From assembly GCF_963921235.1 (NCBI RefSeq), contig NC_086101.1:11098001-11162000 (forward strand): a stretch of 64,000 nucleotides of DNA. The letters are read 5' to 3'. Positions within the stretch are counted from its first letter, which is position 1, and every line of letters starts with the position of its first letter. Positions 60,560 to 64,000 of the stretch are shown piece after piece. Both the position numbers and the translations under genes were made by a program. Origin of the DNA: Mobula hypostoma. Its lineage: Eukaryota. The notes beneath the pieces were generated by a model, which ran no database searches, was not told the origin of the DNA, and worked only from the letters and a program-made list of their open reading frames with translations.

Positions 60560-61815
60560 AAAGACAATATTGTGAATTAAATTCAAGTCACTTCTATAAC
60601 TTAGTAAAGTTTTCAAATGAAAATTATCAACCTCCCCCCCCCCAAAGCTAGTACTGTAGTGCAGCCTGAATTTGCTTTCTTTCAACCTTTTAAGCTTCAC
60701 ATTGTAAAAGATGTTCAACTGTTTCATAATGATAAAACCTGCACATTCCAGAGTGATGTTTTCCAACAAAATAAAAGGAGGAATTAAGCATAGTATGCCC
60801 AATTCTAGGTCAAGTCAATGTAATTCCTTCCCTTCTTGTTTTACCCCCTTCTCCCATCAATCCAACAGTTTTGTGTATTCTGTATTCATAACTTATGCCC
60901 ATTATCCCACATCTTGCCATAATCCCCTAATTCTTAACCCCAGCAACCCCTTAACTTCTAATTTGCTAAGTGGATGGTTGATGTCCACAGATGAACTTTT
61001 AACACCTTTTCTGGCCAAACAATCAACTCACTCATTCCCCTCAAAACCTCTGTGTGCAGGGACCCATAAGCAGAAGACATGCAGACCATGCTTTGAATAT
61101 GAAATAAAGTTTGAAGAGCTTCCAGCAGTAAATCTGACCTACTGCTGGAATGAGCTGTTTTGAGAAAAAGAAACTGAACAAATTACAACTTTGCGAGGAC
61201 AAATTTCCTCCACCCACTCTCAGCCCAAAATGCTGGCAACCGATTGTGCTGTATATACAGATAAACGGTTAGTAAGATGTTTCTTTATTGTTACATGTAA
61301 TTCAGGCACAAAAACAGCCACACCAGCATTCCCTGTTAAATTCTCTTTAGATCCATCAGTAAAAATGGTCAAGATATCATAATTTTTTTTTACCATCTTG
61401 ATGAACCAACAGACTCTCAGGCATATCAGGATCCTTCGATTTGATTAACTCATGCAACCTGATAAAGCCATTGGAAAAATTCAGGGTGGGGTTACAGAGA
61501 AAGCTACAGTGGGACATATTGCCTAATATAACAAACCTATTCCTAGCGTGACAAGCACCCAGCCACCCAAAACTAAAAACACTCTTCTTGTGATGTTCCT
61601 GACAGTCTTCCAGCACACTTTTAACAGGGTGATCACTCCTCTGACCCCTCAAATTAATCCAGTATGCTTCTACCTACACAACTGTAAGGGGACGACCATA
61701 TCAGACCACAACGCAGTCTTAAACCCCGTGCTTGTATCACATCCAAACATTTTAAATTTGAAGATGAAGCTGATCCATAAGCCACACAGCTATAATCAAG
61801 TACAGATCTTATTAA
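60560..61815 (-). mobile_element. Degenerate I/Nimb-type LINE 3' end with RNase H and a C-terminal zinc-knuckle remnant
   Basis: Manual minus-strand translation: LIRSVLDYSCVAYGSAS, IFTDGSK..GVAVFVP..SVYTAQ, WVPAHRGFEGNE*VDCLARKG and RLGHTMLN..CRF..ETVEH. Confidence 0.85.
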
Positions 61816-61884
61816 GTTTTATAGAGCTGTATCATGACTTCCTGACTCCTGTACTGTATGCCCCTAGTGATGAAGGCAGGTATT

Positions 61885-64000
61885 TAGAACATAGAACAAT
61901 ACAGCACAGTACAGGCCCTTCGGCCCACAAGGTTGTTCTGACCCTTAAACACTACCTCCCATATAACGCCCCCCCACCTTAAATTCATGCATATACCTGT
62001 CTAGCAGTCTCTTAAATTTCACTAGTGTATCTGCCACCACCACTGACTCAGGCAGTGCATTCCACGCACCAACCACTCTCTGAGTAAAAAAAAACCTTCC
62101 TCTAATATCCCCCTTGAACTTCCCACCCCTTACCTTAAAGCCATGTCCTCTTGTATTGAGCAGTGGTGCCCTGGGGAAGAGGCACTGGCTATCCATTCTA
62201 TCTATTCCTCTTATTATCTTGTACACCTCTATCATGTCTCCTCTCATCCTCCTTCTCTCCAAACAGTAAAGCCCTAGCTCCCTTAATCTCTGATCATAAT
62301 GCATACTTTCTAAACAAGACAGCATCCTGGTAAATCTCCTCTGTACCCTTTCCAATGCTTCCACATCCTTCCTATAGTGAGGCGACGAGAACTGGACACA
62401 GTACTCCAAGTGTGGCCTAACCAGAATTTTATAGATCTGCATCATTACCTCGCAACTATTAAACTCTATCCCTCAACTTATGAAAGCTAACACTCGTAAG
62501 CTTTCTTAACTACACTATCAACCTGTAAGGCAACTTTCAGGGATCTGTGGATATGTACCCCCAGATCTCTCTGCTCCTCCACACTTCCAAGTATCCTGCC
62601 ACTTATTTTGTACTCTGCCATGGAATTTGTCCTTCCAAAGTGTACCACCTCACACTTCTCCGGGTTGAACTCCATCTACCAATTCGCAGCCCACTTCTGC
62701 ATCCTATCAATGTCTCTCTGCTACCTTTGACAATCCTCTACACTATCTACAACACCACCAACCTTTGTGTCATCTGCAAACTTGACAACACACCCTTCTA
62801 CCCCCACATCCAGGTCGTTAATAAAAATCACGAAAAGTAGAGGTCCCAGAACAGATCCTTGTGGAATACTACTAATCACAATCCTCCAATCCGAATGTAC
62901 TCTGTCCACCACGACCCTCTGCTTTCTGCAGGCAAGCCAATTCTGAATCCACCTGGGCAAACTTCCCTGGATCCCATGCCTTCTGACTTTCTGAATAAGC
63001 CTACCGTGTGGAACCTTGTCAAATGCCTTACTAAAATCCATATAGATCACATCCACTGCACTACCCTCATCTATATGCTTGGTCACCTCCTCAAAGAACT
63101 CTATCAGGCTTGTTAGACTCAACCTGCCCTTCACAAAGCCATGTTGACTGTTCCTGATCAGACCATGATTCTTTAATGCATGTAGATTCCATCTCTAAGA
63201 ATCTTTTGCAATAGCTTTCCCACCACAGATGTAAGGCTCACTGGTCTATAATTACCCGGACTATCCCTACTACCTTTTTTGAATAAGGGGACAACATTTA
63301 CCTTGCTCCAATCCTCCAGTACCATTCCTGTGGACAACGAGGACATGAATATCCTAGCCAGAGGTTCAGCAATCTCTTCCCTCACCTCATGGAGCAGTCT
63401 GGGGAATATTCCGTCAGGGCCCGAGGACTTATCCGTCCTAATGCATTTTAACAACTCCAAAACCTCTTCTCCCTTAATATCAACATGCTCCAGAACATCA
63501 ACCTCACTCGTATTGTCCTCACCATCATCAAGTTCCCTCTCATTGGTGAATACCGAAGAGAAGTATTCATTGAGGACCTCGCTCACTTCCACAGCCTCCA
63601 GGCACATCTTCCCACCTTTACCTCTAATCAGTCCTACCTTCACTCCTGTCAACCTTTTGTTCTTCACATAATTTAAGAATGCCTTGGGGTTTTCCTTTAC
63701 CCTACTTGCCAAGGCCTTCTCATGCCCCCTTCTTGTTCTCCTCAGCCCCTTCTTAGCCTCCTGTCTTGCTACCCTATATTCCTCAATAGACTCATCTGAT
63801 CCTTGCTTCCTAAACCTCACGTATGCTGCCTTCTTCCACCTGATTAGATTTTCCACCTCACTTGTCACCCATGGTTACTTCACGCTGCCATTCTTTATCT
63901 TCCTCACCGGGACAAATTTATCCCTAACATCCTGCAAGAGATCTCTAAACATCGACCACATGTCCAGAGTACATTTCCTGGCAAAATTTTCATCCCAATT
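61885..64000 (-). mobile_element. CR1 ORF2, degenerate, runs off the window end
   Basis: ORFs 63173..63868, 62721..63134 (YMDFSKAFDKVPH, KFADD), 62487..62675 and 61945..62445, with a 3' tail at 61885. Confidence 0.93.

Noticed and set aside
1-64000. CRISPR arrays, rRNA, tRNA or prokaryotic operons
   Set aside because: No regularly spaced repeat-spacer array or structural RNA gene is recognisable. The sequence is eukaryotic, with spliceosomal introns.

Overview
Vertebrate nuclear DNA, most likely from a cartilaginous fish (ray or shark), inferred from its CR1, Penelope, Rex1/Babar and HE1/V-SINE-like repeats. Most of the window is nested mobile elements: many CR1 LINEs (one near full length with an open 984-aa ORF2), a near-complete Penelope element, Ty3/Gypsy relics (one with the Gmr1-type PR-INT-RT order), a Tc1 transposon, two hAT relics, an RNase H-bearing I/Nimb-type LINE and a solo LTR. 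The host content is the 5' part of a + strand butyrophilin/B7-family gene. It has a candidate non-coding CpG-island exon (donor at 22227/22228), a candidate leader exon (33081-33138) and two intact 348-nt phase 1-1 IgV exons (40975-41322 and 47021-47368). The two IgV exons lie in a ~6-kb tandem duplication that appears to result from unequal crossover between two flanking CR1 copies, and they differ mainly by amino-acid-changing substitutions (13 of 16). An older duplication (about 122-8040 versus 29890-32475) shows patchy identity suggesting ectopic gene conversion. No rRNA, tRNA or CRISPR features were seen. Repeat boundaries and percent identities are by-eye estimates, and family names come from recalled motifs, not database searches.
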